A stretch of 64,000 bases of DNA. It comes from Tubiluchus corallicola. Taxonomy: Eukaryota; Animalia; Priapulida. A program made the position numbers and the translations under genes. The notes below the pieces were generated by a model. It was not told the DNA's origin. It ran no database searches and was given only the letters and a program-made list of their open reading frames with translations. Below are positions 1 through 13,660 of this stretch, piece by piece. The first letter of the stretch is position 1. Each line of letters begins with the position of its first letter. The stretch spans positions 18,487 to 82,486 of the forward strand of contig JAQGDQ010000898.1 of the NCBI GenBank assembly GCA_030141605.1, read 5' to 3'.

Positions 1-440
1 CGTGGGATACGAGAATATTTTCCCCTTTAAAATTAATAAAATTTTAAAACGGACAGCTATTTGATATGTTAATAGTTATTTTGATTTAAGCCAATAACAA
101 TAGACTAAAATGGTGATAAAATGGCAAACTAGAAAATCTACGGAGCATAAAAAACTGCGCAAGGTACAGTACTTTAGAGACGACTTTGTACAGATCAGCA
201 TAGCATGCATACTAAATGTCTTAAATACTTTAAAAAATTATCAGCAGTTGCAAAATGAAGCACATTTTTTGCTTTTGTTGAATCCCAATGCATCCCGTGG
301 GATACAGGCTATATTTAGCACGCGGGCACAGGTAGAAAAAAATTATTATTATGTGTAAACAAGATGGACATACTGAACAAAAGTATAAAGCCAAATAATT
401 TTTTCTTATTAAAAAACTAATTTGGGACTGAAAGGGTTAA
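1..440 (+). mobile_element. piggyBac-like MITE copy 1 (left end outside the window)
   Basis: Matches the other copies; ends GGGACTGAAAGGG-TTAA. Confidence 0.85.
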
Positions 441-771
441 GGTTTTTTTGTAGACTTTAATCATTTTGCTGATCACACTGTAGATTGTTACTAAGGATTA
501 AGTTGTTCAGAAAAACCACAGCGTGTTTCGGCAGCAACACAGGCGGGTTATCAACACGGCGGAAATGATGTAATTGAAGGAAATTGTCCCAGAAATTTTG
601 TTAATTTAAAGATTAGTATGTCTGTGAGCCTGTAATAGGTCTTTCTACAGCACTTTCTGGCGATCTGTCTGTGGGAGATAAGCAACCAAACTAGAACACA
701 AGCTTGCAAGCGACCAACCAATCTACTAGCTGCAATTCCATCCGAATGAGCCAAAAAAAAAGAATATTAGG

Positions 772-1214
772 TTAACCTTTTCAGTCCCAAATTATTTTTT
801 AATAAGAAAAAAATTTGGCTTGGTACTTTTGTTCCCAATGTATCCTGTGGGATACACAACATTCTTAGTCATATGCAAAAAAAACCTCCGACTTTTTTAA
901 AAACACAACAAAAGCAAAAACTGTGCTTCATTTTGCAACTGCTGATAATTTTTTAAAGTATTTAAGACATTTAGTATGCATGCTATGCTGATCTGTACAA
1001 AGTCGTCTCTAAAGTACTGTACCTTGCGCAGTTTTTTATGCTATGTAGATTTTCTAGTTTGCCATTTTATCACCATTTTTAGTCTATTGTTATTGGCTTA
1101 AATCAAAATAACTATTAACAGATCAAATAACTGTCAGTTTTAAAATTTTATTAATTTTAAAGGCAGAAAATATTCTCGTATCCCACGGGATACAACGGGT
1201 ATGAAAGGGGTCAA
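772..1214 (-). mobile_element. piggyBac-like MITE copy 2 (variant interior)
   Basis: TTAA-CCTTTTCAGTCCC ... GGGTATGAAAGGG; reverse orientation. Confidence 0.85.
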
Positions 1215-1675
1215 AATAATTTTCCACGAAGAATATTTTATGTGCACAATTCTAAGTATAAATGTCAGTAGTCACAGTTATAGCCGTTAGCCTAGAGACC
1301 TCTAGATCTAAAGAGATCTCTAGACTAAATAAAATAACCTAACTACGTAATTACGCATGTATTATACGTCTATACACGAAAGGACAATGTTCTTTAAGCA
1401 AGGGCACGCAAAGAATTTCGCCATTCGCACAAAAGCATTAGCCTTTGATGAAATATTAACGACATGTATACAGAAGCTGAACCTTTGTTGACATGGACGT
1501 AATGGCTGATAGCATTTCAGAAAGCAAACCGATTGATTTATTAATATAAAAGGAAAATAGTTTTAGTACAAAATCGTTATAAGACGCGCCAAGAACGTTC
1601 TCTAAACAAGGACAGTAAAGAAAATGAGTGAAACGATAGTCAAATGTAAACGTTGAGTAGCATGCAGGCGTACAC

Positions 1676-2168
1676 CGTTGTCGTTGTCATTTCAGCTGCA
1701 GCCCAGGCTGTTGCTGCTGCTGTTGTTGTTGCTATTGTCGTTGTCGTTGTCGCTGCTGCTGCTGTTACTGCTGCTGTTGTTGTTGCTGTTGTTGTTGTCG
1801 CTGCTGCTGCTGCTGTTGTTGTTGCTATTGTCGTTGTCGTTGTTGCTGCCGCTGCTGTTACTGCTGCTGTTGTTGTTGCTGTTGTCGTTGTCGCTGCTGC
1901 TGTTGTTGTTGCTATTGTCGTTGTCGTTGTTGCTGCCGCTGCTGTTACTGCTGCTGTTGTTGTTGCTATTGTCGTTGTCGTTGTTGCTGCCGCTGCTGTT
2001 ACTGCTGCTGTTGTTGTTGCTGTTGTCGTTGTCGCTGCTGCTGCTGTTGTTGCTGTTGTCGTTGTCGCTGCCGCTGCTGTTACTGCTGCTGTTGTTGTAG
2101 CTGTTGTCGTTGTCGCTGCTGCTGCTGCTGCTGCTGTTGTTGTTGTTGCTGTTGTCGTTGTCGCTGTT
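1676..2168. repeat. Compound (GTT/GCT/GTC)n trinucleotide repeat with higher-order units
   Basis: Directly visible. Confidence 0.92.
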
Positions 2169-3863
2169 CACCCTCAGCGCAGCATTCAACAATAAATTAC
2201 TACTTACTAAAGAAATCAACAACAAACACCGGAATGATCAGTAATCACTCTGTGGAACTACTAAAAACTAACCAGTAAAAGTAACCAGTAAAAATAACCA
2301 GTAAAAGTAACCAGTATATCCTAAAAAAATTTGATACAACGTTATATTACTCAGCACTACACTTACTTGTTTGAAAGATGCATGTAATTTGAAACGACAA
2401 AAGATGATTTAAGATAAACCGTCACTGGCTCACTATTCAGTGTGCACCAAAAAAAACGTCACTGGCTCACAAGGAAAAATACTATTACTCTTTTTCTGAC
2501 AAGCTAAAATAATTTACACTGTCGCTTAGCTAACGAAGCATGTGCTACGAATCTCTATTAGTGTGGATGTACGTGATACATAATTTCAAGATGAATTTTT
2601 TTTAGCTTTATCTATGCATAATAAGTGTTTTCTTGTCCTTTAACAAGTCAACCAGCTTAATCAAGATTCGCACTGCTCTGGGGAAAAATAAAATGAACTC
2701 GTAGATTTCTCTACAAAACTAGCAGAACGCAGAGAGCCGTTGAGGCGAAAGGATTAGCAAGACAAACAACAAATCCTTGATAAATTAAACGCCAGCTGAT
2801 TTAAGCTTTAGAAACCCAAGACGAGAGCTGATTATAATTTTCATGGATCATGCATCACCTTCAGATAATATAAGACACACTATAGTATGATGATCAGACT
2901 AATGTGACTCATATGAAGGGTGGCCTTCGCAGTGAACTTCACAGTTTAATCACTTTTAAGGATCCTCCTCAGAATATATGTTGTCTTTATCAGCAATAAT
3001 CATCATCATTTGTTTCTTTTTGTTTGGTTGGTTGCATCGATGTACTTGATCATTTATTTGATATGTGAAGGGGCAGCAAAATGGTGAGCTTACCGACTGA
3101 AGTTAAGCGATGTCAAGGCTAGTCAGAAAATTGATGGGCGAGTGCTAGGTTCGATACTCGCTCTCGACGATTTCATTTGGCTGTGAACTTGGATAAGGAA
3201 AGATGTGGAACAGAAGCCAAGTTCGGAAAATTGCGATAACTTCCACATTATCGCCATATCAGATATGAGATGTATATGAGATAAATAAAATTCTCTACGG
3301 TCTATGGCAATCAGAAGATCTCAGAATAACAAAAAAGAAGGTACTGACAACGTTTTCGACTTTTGGTCAACATTCCATAAGGTCAACATGACCTCTCACG
3401 TAAAAAAATTTCATTTTCCAGCACGGAAGAAAATTGGTTCCTCGCCGCATTTTTTATTTTCTCGTCAGTAAAGTTTTGCCTCGTTTGCTGTGCTTCAAAG
3501 AAAAACCCGCAATTTCACCAGTAATCTAATTGCCTTTAACGATGGCGTCAAATAAACCGACAACACGAGTTTCTACTCGAGGGCAGCTCTGCTGAAATTT
3601 GACGGTTCTTACCACATTAATCACGCCGCCATTTTGTAACAAGACGTTTACAAAATAGCCTCCTTAGTTAACTAACAGAATTGGAACATGACACTGTTAA
3701 AAAGAAGAAAAATGTACATGGTGGACATAAAAAAATGTAGTTTTTTTTTGTTTCATTATCTACAGTAACCCAAGAAGAGGGTTAGTAGGCACACTGCTAT
3801 TGGGTCAGCTGAAAATGCCACCTAGCATTTTTTGAAAGTAAATCAAGAAACCACGTGATCGAT

Positions 3864-4795
3864 TTAAAATAGAACAGAAGCAGATGACACAAGACAGGTG
3901 TGATGTGATGAAACGGGATGACGTTTATTATAAGATGTGCGGCATTATTTTGTACGTGTTGTAGAAACAACATGCAGAAAGGTGTTAGGACACATCCCGG
4001 TAGAGGTCACTAGGGACAGAGCAGAGTGGCAACAACACATTGAGAAATCTTTAGGACTCACCCTGCCAGAGTTCACTAGAACTACAACAGAGTGTGATTA
4101 ACGCTTTCATACCCGTTGCATCCCGTGGGATACAAGAATATTTTCTGTCTTTAAAATTAATAAAATTTTAAAACTGACAGTTATTTGATCTGTTAATAGT
4201 TATTTTGATTTAAGCCAATAACAATAGACTAAAAATGGTGATAAAATGGCAAACTAGAAAATCTACATAGCATAAAAACTGCGCAAGGTACAGTACTTTA
4301 GAGACGACTTTGTACAGATCAGCATAGCATGCATACTAAATGTCTTAAATGCTTTAAAAAATTATCAGCAGTTGCAAAATGAAGCACATTTTATGCTTCC
4401 ATTGAATCCCAATGTATCCCGTGGGATACAGGCTATATTTAGCACGCAGGCACAGGTAGGAAAAAATAATTATTATGTGTAAACAAGATGGACATACTGA
4501 ACAAAAGTACCAAGCCAAAATTTTTTTTCTTATTAAAAAAAATTGGGACTGAAAGGGTTAAAATAGAACAGAAGCAGATGACACAAGACAGGTGTGATGT
4601 GATGAAACGCGATGACATTTATCATAAGATGTGCGGCATTATTTTGTACTTGTTGTAGGAACAACACGCAGGGAGGTGTTAGGACACATCCCGGCAGAGG
4701 TCACTAGGGACAGAGCAGAGTGGCAACAACACACTGAAAAATCTTTAGGACTCACCCTGCCAGAGTTCACTAGAACTAGAACAGAGTGTGATTAA
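3864..4795 (+). repeat. 238-bp direct repeats (3864-4101 and 4558-4795) flanking MITE copy 3
   Basis: Equal length, about a dozen substitutions; each begins and ends with TTAA. Confidence 0.92.
4098..4561 (+). mobile_element. piggyBac-like MITE copy 3
   Basis: TTAA at both ends, ~13-bp imperfect TIR CCCTTTCA(TA/GT)CCC; flanked by a 238-bp direct duplication. Confidence 0.88.
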
Positions 4796-4889
4796 TAGAC
4801 TGAAATGAAATTCCTAGGGGATTTAGTTTAAAAAAACTGAATGTCAACTTCTTCGACTTCTTTTTTTCCGTTTGCATTGTAACGAAACA

Positions 4890-5200
4890 TTGTCTTTGCT
4901 TTGTGCACGTAAGTGATGTTATGCGTTTCTGACCAATGAGAAGGTGCGTTCGTTTGTCTTTGTGCACGTGAGCGTTTCTGACGAATGAGAATGTGCGTTC
5001 GTTTGTCTTTGTGCACGTGAGCGTTTCTGACGAATGAGAATGTGCGTTCGTTTGTCTTTGTGCACGTGAGCGTTTCTGACGAATGAGAATGTGCGTTCGT
5101 TTGTCTTTGTGCACGTGAGCGTTTCTGACCAATGAGAATCTGCGTTCGTTTGTCTTTGTGCACGTGAGCGTTTCTGACCAATGAGAATGCGCGTTCGTTT
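4890..5200 (+). repeat. 49-bp minisatellite (~6 units) with CACGTG and CCAAT-like motifs
   Basis: Period 49 (4964 to 5013). Confidence 0.92.
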
Positions 5201-5282
5201 GGTTTTCTTTTACAATAATTGTCCGTAAATTCCTTCATTCAAAACTCAAACTCCAGTGTTTTGGAACTTTTACAGGTGAAAA

Positions 5283-5657
5283 ATGCATTTGTCTACAAGC
5301 TGCGTTTTCGCTTTATTCTCACTGGTTCTATTCACAATATCCGACGGCTGTTCAAGAACGAGTAGAGTTGAGACGGTAACGCAGTGGTCAGAAGAGGAGG
5401 ATATAGAAAAGTGTGTACAAGGAACAGAAGAGGGCAAAAAGAGAGCCATAGTGTGTCTTGCATGTGCAAAAGAAGAGAGTACTTTTGTAAAAATTCAATA
5501 CAGATATTGTTGCAGAGATGACGAAGGATATAAAGACTGTAAAAACTACTTTGCACAACGCAATGATGCTAATTTACAGTTTCATGCACTAATAACGAAA
5601 CTGCTCCTTTCATTGCTTTTGCTATATTACAACTATTTCAACTTACAACTATTTTAA
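5283..5657 (+). CDS. Small secreted Cys-rich protein (124 aa): signal peptide, 6-Cys core, probable GPI-anchor signal
   Basis: Hydrophobic N-terminus ending SDG|C; core C44-x13-C58-x2-C61-x14-C76C77-x8-C86; NDA omega-like site then Leu-rich tail; acceptor-like ttttacag 7 nt before the ATG; homologous to the ORFs at 48585 and 55485. Confidence 0.8.
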   Translation: MHLSTSCVFALFSLVLFTISDGCSRTSRVETVTQWSEEEDIEKCVQGTEEGKKRAIVCLACAKEESTFVKIQYRYCCRDDEGYKDCKNYFAQRNDANLQFHALITKLLLSLLLLYYNYFNLQLF

Positions 5658-6049
5658 AATGCACCGTAATATGCATCTACAAATGCATCGAATCTGTTCA
5701 CTTTAGAACCATCTTAGAACAACCCGGAGAACTCGCCAGGACTGACACTCAAATGAAATATCACAGAGAAATGGTGCACCATTTTAACACTCACCGAGCC
5801 AGTCAGCATTAGACCAGGTCTTACCAGACTAGAGCTCATCAGACCATGAGGATTTCATAATTACTGAAACAAACTATAGGACTGAACCTCTTTCGTTTTA
5901 ATTAAAAATCATTACAACAAATCTGTACATGTATGTAGTTCACAATATTACCACTACTGGAATACAGTTTTTTTTAGAAAACCCAAGCCTTGCCTTATAT
6001 ACCCCATTTATTTCGAACATATAGTTCACAGTAACATTGTAAAAAAAAT

Positions 6050-6270
6050 TAAATTATCTAGAGAAAAATAAAATTACAAAATTATCTATAAAAAATATAA
6101 ATTATCTAGAGAAAATAAAATTACAAAATTATCTATAAAAAATATAAATTATCTAGAGAAAAATAAAATTACAAAATTATCTATAAAAAATATAAATTAT
6201 CTAGAGAAAAATAAAATTGCAAAATTATCTATAAAAAAATATAAATTACGTAGAGAAAATAAAATTACAA
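6050..6270. repeat. AT-rich ~48-bp minisatellite
   Basis: aaattatctagagaaaaataaaattacaaaattatctataaaaaatat, about 4.5 units. Confidence 0.85.
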
Positions 6271-7019
6271 TTACGGGATTAGTACACGACAACATAAACA
6301 AAAATATAAAAAATAGTACATAAGATCAAAACAAAGAAAAAGAATTCATAGAAACGAAATGCAGTCAACCGCCTCAGACCACTGACCACGGGTCTCACGT
6401 CAAAAAGTGACAAGATCCGATTTCATCGAAACTTTTTACTATTACTAGGCAATCAAGAATCGCGAATTCAATGAAAATAGTATTAAGATGGCATAGAAGC
6501 AAATCTTTAGGACCCCTTCAAGGTCGAATTAAGGAACAACAGATACAGTGTACCAATAACAGTTTCTCTCCCGACAAAACCACGTACTTCAACTTTTAAG
6601 ACTAGCATCCAGGCTAGGACAACTCCATTACGACCACTCCGTCGACGAAGTAGGTGTTTTCTCGATTGCTCATGCCTGGTAATTACGGTCAGTGAGTTTT
6701 CAACTTCAAACGTTCAGCCGCATTCCTTGAACACGGTCAAGTAGCAGCTCATTTTCATAAGAGATTAACCCAGCCTCGTTTTCTTTACCAGTAACGTGAG
6801 CTTCCTTTAACATTCTTTCACCTTATGACAAAGCAATAGCTCTTGGATAAGAAATACTACAGCAAAGCGTATATTGTTTGAGGGCATGGTGCACTTTGTT
6901 GAGTACTTGTATTCTTGAAATGAACTCTAAAAGATGCATTTTCCCGGATCTGTTACGGAATAAATTTTTGGCGCCAAAAATCGTCACGATAAAACTTGAT
7001 ACACACACAAAACTTAGGA

Positions 7020-7531
7020 CAGGGGTGTGTAAATTGCGGACCGCGGGTGACTTGCGGCCCGCGACGAGATTTGTCAACTTAATGAAAGTGCGGCCCGGGC
7101 GATTGACTGTATCCAGCTGAAGTCCGTGCCACGATCCCAAAGATAGTGCGGGTAGTTTTTTCTACTAGATCGGATGCCATTAACCCTTACAAGATGGTTG
7201 TAGCTTAGCCATTAACCCTTACAAGACGGTTGTAGCTTAATGTCACTGTACTACACAGACTGTGTGATACACATTACTAATATGCATTGTAATGAAATTA
7301 CCACTATCTGTCCTGAAAGTCGAAATATATGGTTTGTAACATAAATTTTAATAACTTCTAAAATAGTTTCTTGAGTGTAGTAGTGCAGTAGTAATGATGT
7401 ACGCGGGTCGGATGCAAAAAATTGTTATTAGGCCTTTCTGTACTTGGCTCCCTGATTAAACTGCATGTGGCCCGCAGGAATTGCGGGAAAGTTTCATGTG
7501 GCCCGGCTAGTCAGATAATTTGCACACCCTG
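7020..7531 (+). mobile_element. hAT (Charlie-like) MITE, family B
   Basis: TIR CAGGG(G)TGTG(C/T)AAATT, GCGGCCC subterminal motifs; TSD acttagga / ccttagga. Confidence 0.82.
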
Positions 7532-8068
7532 CCTTAGGAGGAGTGGCTAGAAAAATCACATACTGAGAAGGAAAATATGAGATTAAAAGTGATGCAGTAA
7601 TAAATTTTCGTGTTCTTATGGCTAGAAAGAATTTGTCACTGTTTTTCTCACTACTTGATAACAAATCGCGAATGCTAGTTGTTTAGGCATTTCCAGTGCC
7701 TAGAGGCGTGGCAGCAGATAGCGCAGTACATCGAAATTTCTCTACATCATAACCAAGCAAGTTATCCTTTGTGTCAGATGCCATGCGAGCTAACACGTGC
7801 TACAATCAAGTTTTTTACACAACCCGAAGGCACGTTTCACCTCAATATATTCCGAGGTAGTTTATTGATAAAGTTGCTGTATTTATTATCAGTGTGTTAT
7901 GAACTGTTGTAAATTTCACACAAAGTAAAGAAAGTCTGGCGTATATTACAAAGAAGGATAAAAGTAAAAAGACCCACATAATCAATTAATCACTCCTTCA
8001 CAGCACAATATGACAGTGCAATGGACTTATCTTTTCTGTAACAGGTAAATAAGTGAAATAATAACTAT

Positions 8069-8550
8069 TTTCTTCTTCTTCCCAGCTTTTCCCTATGCGG
8101 GGTCGCCGTTGTGAATGAATCTTCTCCACGCATTCCTGTTGTTGACCATCCCTTCATTTATGTTCTTCTCTCTAAGGCCTCTCTCCCCACAAGATCTTCA
8201 CCGACTCTTCTTTTCAGGTGTCCATACCATCGCAATCTTGCGAGGCTTCCACTACTTTTACTGTTCCTCTGATATTATTATTTCTAATTTGATCTCTTCT
8301 TGTTATTCCCACCATCCATCTCAACATCCTCATCTACACCACCTCCATTTTTTTCTCTTCGGTCTTCTTTAGAGAAGCTGCTACCAGCCCATAGATTAGA
8401 GCGGGTCTGACCACTATCTTTGTGGACTTTACCTTTAAGTCTCACCGACTCATTCACAGTAGGTTTTGGCGCAGTTTTTACAGGCGGATGCCCTTCCTGA
8501 CCCTAACCCTCCCTATTTATCCGGGCTTGGGACCGGCACTGAGCTAGGTT
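8069..8550 (-). mobile_element. Bipartite non-autonomous RTE retroelement (5'UTR + ORF 3' end)
   Basis: RTE-like 5'UTR motif gtcaggaagggcatccgcctgtaaaa joined to a KVHKxVVRPALIYG...RRDxIRN remnant; (GAA)n tail; imperfect TSD taagt(g/a)aaataa. Confidence 0.8.
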
Positions 8551-10455
8551 AAGTAAAATAACTACTAATAACACACATTAATTCCTAATGACAAAAATAG
8601 CGACAATACTGAATAAAAAGAGTAAAAATCACAAAAGAGCAGAAACGTTTCACCACTGTAGTTCTTCGGTTAACTAACAAAAAACCTAAAACAAAAAAAC
8701 TCCCCAAAATTGGTTCAATGGTTACAGTAATTCTTCGTGATAAGTTTTCTCTTATTGTCTTAGTTTCTGGTTAAAGGAAACTGCTACTCTTTTGGATGCT
8801 GTTCATGTTGAGGATGCCCTTTTGAAAAAAATAACAGTTAAGGTTGCCCTTTTGAAAAAAACAAGAGTTAAGATTCCGTGAATTTTCAATGGATAGTACA
8901 ATTTCATACGAATATACTAGAATATACTCCGCACGAAGTGATTAAGCGGGTCTCGATCTGCCATTTTGATTTCAAGATGGCTGCGATAACATAATTTTCA
9001 AGTGCCATGAGAATTTTGCATCAAGTACGAAGCCTGACTTTTGATACGAAGTATTCGAATTCAAGATGGTGGCAATAACATCTTTTTCAAAAAATCTATA
9101 CAGTTCAACCAATTTTCGAAGGACCGTCATGCAACCTTATACGAGTATAGTAGAATGAATTCTGCATCGAAGGGCATCGTCAAATTTTCGGTTTGCCATC
9201 GTGAATTCGAGATGGCGATACTGAAGTCGTTTCTAAAAAATATAAAAAGCTAAACGTAAACCTGCGAATGAATACGCTAGAACATATTTCGTGCATCTAT
9301 TGGCTGAGTCAGGTTTTTGATCCACAGTCTTCTGTGAGAACTCGACCAACAGTTTGAGCCGAACTCGTTTCTTCACTTGAAGAACTGTAGTAGTAGTTTT
9401 TACACTTTTTTCCATAGAGATACAGTTTCTTCATCCGATAGAACTATGGTTCTTTAATTTTACCTTGCTTTGGAATAAGCATTTTCACAGTTTCGTTGCC
9501 ATTACACGCGCATTTGCTGTAAGTCAAAGGTCAAGTGCACCATAGCAACGCGTCTTAACTACAACCGTCACGTGACATGCGAGTAAAGCAAAGCCTACTG
9601 CCGCGTCAGTTCAGTAGCGGCAATTTTTTTACGTGGACTTTACTTAATCATGCATTAGTCTGTGCGTAAAGTGATTTACTAGCAGGACCTTGCTAGGGAA
9701 CAAGAAAAAATCAACTAGGCAACGTTCTAGCTAGTTGTTAAAACTGTTACTATTGCAATAGCTTGGGCTACGAGGTTTGTTAGGTGTACACAAATGCGTT
9801 GTCTGGTGCACTTAACCTTTGACTTTTTCACGATCATCATCAATCGCTGGAACCGTGAAAAGACTTACTGTGGAATTTTCTTATTTCCACTTTTATAGTC
9901 AAACAACTTTATTTCGCACATTTTTTTCAAACTTATTTTTAAAACCCGATGATCTTCCCCTTTAAGCTGCCATCAAGTACAGCCTTGGAGCCATGTTGCC
10001 GTGTTTACCAGTATGGTGTATATCAGAGAAGACACAAACAGACAGATTGAGGAGCTCCAGCTTTGACAGATCACACGCGGCGAGTGATGACGTCAAATGT
10101 AATCAAATTACTAAACAGCATTTAACTCTTTGGCAACAGCCCAACTGCAGAAATGCACACTTTCTGGGGCGAGCCTAACTTCAAGTGGCTTGCACATATC
10201 CCTATAACATGACTGTATGGGTCGCAGAAGTGACATATCATGACGTAGTAAAATTAAACTTTTTTAACACAAACTACTTATACCAAGTTTATTACTTCCA
10301 CATTATATTATGAATGCAAGTATTTTGTAGAAACTCCATTCACCTATGGAAATAGGTGAAATTGATACAAATAGTGAGATCTTCGAAAATCTATTTAAGC
10401 AGCTACTAACAATTAGTGAATTCCACAATCATAAGATATCAAAAAAAACAGAACG

Positions 10456-10910
<455 letters not shown>

Positions 10911-12829
10911 TCATTAAAAAGGCGGGTATAGCTAGCTGTCTACAAAGCCCAATGTTGAACTAATAAACGATGCATACCTTTAATCAATCAATCACTGCAA
11001 AACGGCTTCACAAGAGCAAATTTCCAACAGGGAAACTGACACTTGGGTACGAAACAAAGAAATTTATCTGCTCCCGGTTACACTGAAATGATTACACCGT
11101 CCAATAAATTTCGCTTGAGACAGAGGCAGAGTTATATATCACAGTCTCACAAACAGACGCAGAGCAATTATACACGAATTCGAGTTCACTTTCTAATCTT
11201 CAGCTGCTGCTGCTGCTGCTGCAAGTCTTGTTGACTCAATGTAATTGCAGCTTTCTAAACGCTTGGTGGGGTGCGCACGCCTCTTCACATCACAACAACC
11301 TCTGTCATAAAAGAGGCAATTACCCAGCCATAATTGAGACTCCTGTCAGACTGGTTCCACCCAGGTGTGAAAAAATGTCAAGGTGTGATTAAGATCGAGC
11401 AGAGCACGTAACCTGCAGCCATCTGGCGGCCAGCGACAGAGTTACGCCGCAAGGACCGTCCATCCGAGTTCTGCCGAGGTACTTTGTAGGCCCATGTAAG
11501 TGGAAATCTAGTCAGTTAATGTAAGTTCAATGGCTGGATAAAACACTTCATGAAACGCTCTGTTACTCACTCACACAGCCGGAAAAGTAAGGGCGTGTTT
11601 ACAAACTAAACGCAGCTAAGACACCTCTGCTGGTTCAGTGGCTCGTCTGAGAGGATTATCTTTGATAATGCGCCTGGTCTTACCATATAAACGTTAAGTA
11701 GGCCCTGTCACTGACAAAACAAGTGATACTGAGTGTTAAAATTCTTAACCCCATTTGTACATACATGCACAACACATAAATGCACATTGTTCTCTTGTGT
11801 TAATGTTATGATCAAATTCATCGTTTAGGAGCCACTAATCTTTACTGATTTTACCGATTCGCTCAAAATGCGCTCAAATAGATTTGGGTTACTTTTAGGG
11901 GCTCCCTCTAAAAAACGGCTCCAGCAAAAAAACTTAAGAGTGACCAATAAATGATCTCAAACAGTTTATCAATGTATCCCAGCCACTCAAACTGTTTGTA
12001 CGCAAGAAGTAACATGAACTGCCCTCTATCAGCTCCCGCGCAGTAGATGTGTGCACCTATAGACTCAAAGTGATCAGTAGTTTTACACTAACCGTGTCCA
12101 GTTGTATACTCTTGTTTATGGCATTACATTGCATCGCATCGCATCACATCACATCACATCACATTATATTATATTATTATATATATATAATTAACATTAA
12201 TATATATTATAATATATAACATATATGCATTAGTATATATAATATATATACTTCGAAAAAAAATAAAATTATATGTTATACAATTATATATATATATATA
12301 TAATAAATATATATTATATATACCACCGAATTTAATATATACAATTTATTTATTAAAGTACATACTATAAAGGTCATATTTCATCAACATTATGTTTGAA
12401 GCATTGCAAGCGCGTGACCACTGACCAGTGTTAAACGTTAAGTCGACTGATTCTGATGCGAGCGCGAAGTTGTTGAGAAATTTTGATCATGACAAACGAC
12501 TTGTTAGCGGCTTAACGCGTTCTCGCAAAATTATTCATTGTAATTTGAAGATGGGCAGTATTAACGAGTTTAATGCATTTTGATGAAGGCCATTAGATGA
12601 GATTAGCAAACAGACAAATGACATTTATGACGAGATATTGTTCGGCAGGGGAGAAAGGAGGTGGTAATTTATCAAATCTGTGGGTCCGGACCTTTGGTTT
12701 GATGTATAGATCGTCGAAAATGGTGCCGTCCTTGGAGCTGTAGCCTCGTCGGTTATATATGTATATATATATATATATATATTATTTATTAATGTATATT
12801 ATATATGCATTAATATATAATTATTATAT

Positions 12830-12960
12830 TATATGTTATGTTATGTTATGTTATGTTATGTTATGTTATGTTATGTTATGTTATGTTATGTTATGTTATG
12901 TTATGTTATGTTATGTTATGTTATGTATGTTATGTTAAGTTATGTTATGTTATGTTATAT
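12830..12960. repeat. (TTATG)n microsatellite within an (AT)-rich tract
   Basis: Directly visible. Confidence 0.9.
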
Positions 12961-13229
12961 TATATATATTACATTATATGTTATATTATATATATTATAT
13001 ATAATATATATGCATTAGTATATATCTATATATATATATATATATATATAGATATAGATATATACATATAATATATATATATATATATAATAATATTATA
13101 CGAGGCTACAGCTCCAACGACGACACCTTTTTCGACGATCTATACATATATATATATAATTATATATTATATATACTTCCGAAATTAATATATACGATTT
13201 ATTTATTAAAGTACATACTATAAAATTTA

Positions 13230-13660
13230 AATGCATAAAACAATAAAATATGCACAATAATAAACAAGACAGATGAAAATAGATACGGGAGAGGTGCAAA
13301 GAGTTAACCTACTACTTACACGTGTCTGCAGAAATACAAATGTTTTGAAAAGTCAATTTTCATGAATTTTTGACTAAATCGTTTACTGGTGGCGACATTT
13401 GCCAGTGGAGACCCATTTACATGTTCAGGAAGAGAATTCCAGGACTTGATTACTCTATTGGTAAACGAATGTTGAGCTACAGTCGATACAGATCGATTTA
13501 CATAGTTTGTTACAATGATCACTAGAAATTCTAGGAGCGTGGGTAAAAAATTCATTTCTATCTAAGTCATTTTCCTTATAAATAATAATGTAGCACATTT
13601 TTAGGATCATAATGAATTCTTCTCTCTTCTAATGGCAACATATTCAAAGCTAAAAGTCTG
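13230..13660 (-). mobile_element. CR1/L2-group LINE 3' remnant
   Basis: SFTNRVIKSWNSLP and RLLALNMLPLEERR motifs typical of CR1-group ORF2 C-termini. Confidence 0.65.

Noticed and set aside
1653-2225. Val/Ala, poly-Leu and Asn/Ser ORFs (likewise the poly-Ser/Thr/Tyr/Ile/SL ORFs at 10346, 19391, 39968-40977, 58631)
   Set aside because: Products of microsatellites that are open in several frames.
3093-3160. 5S-like fragments here and at ~37395-37442
   Set aside because: Too short and degenerate to call as genes; probably old SINE relics.
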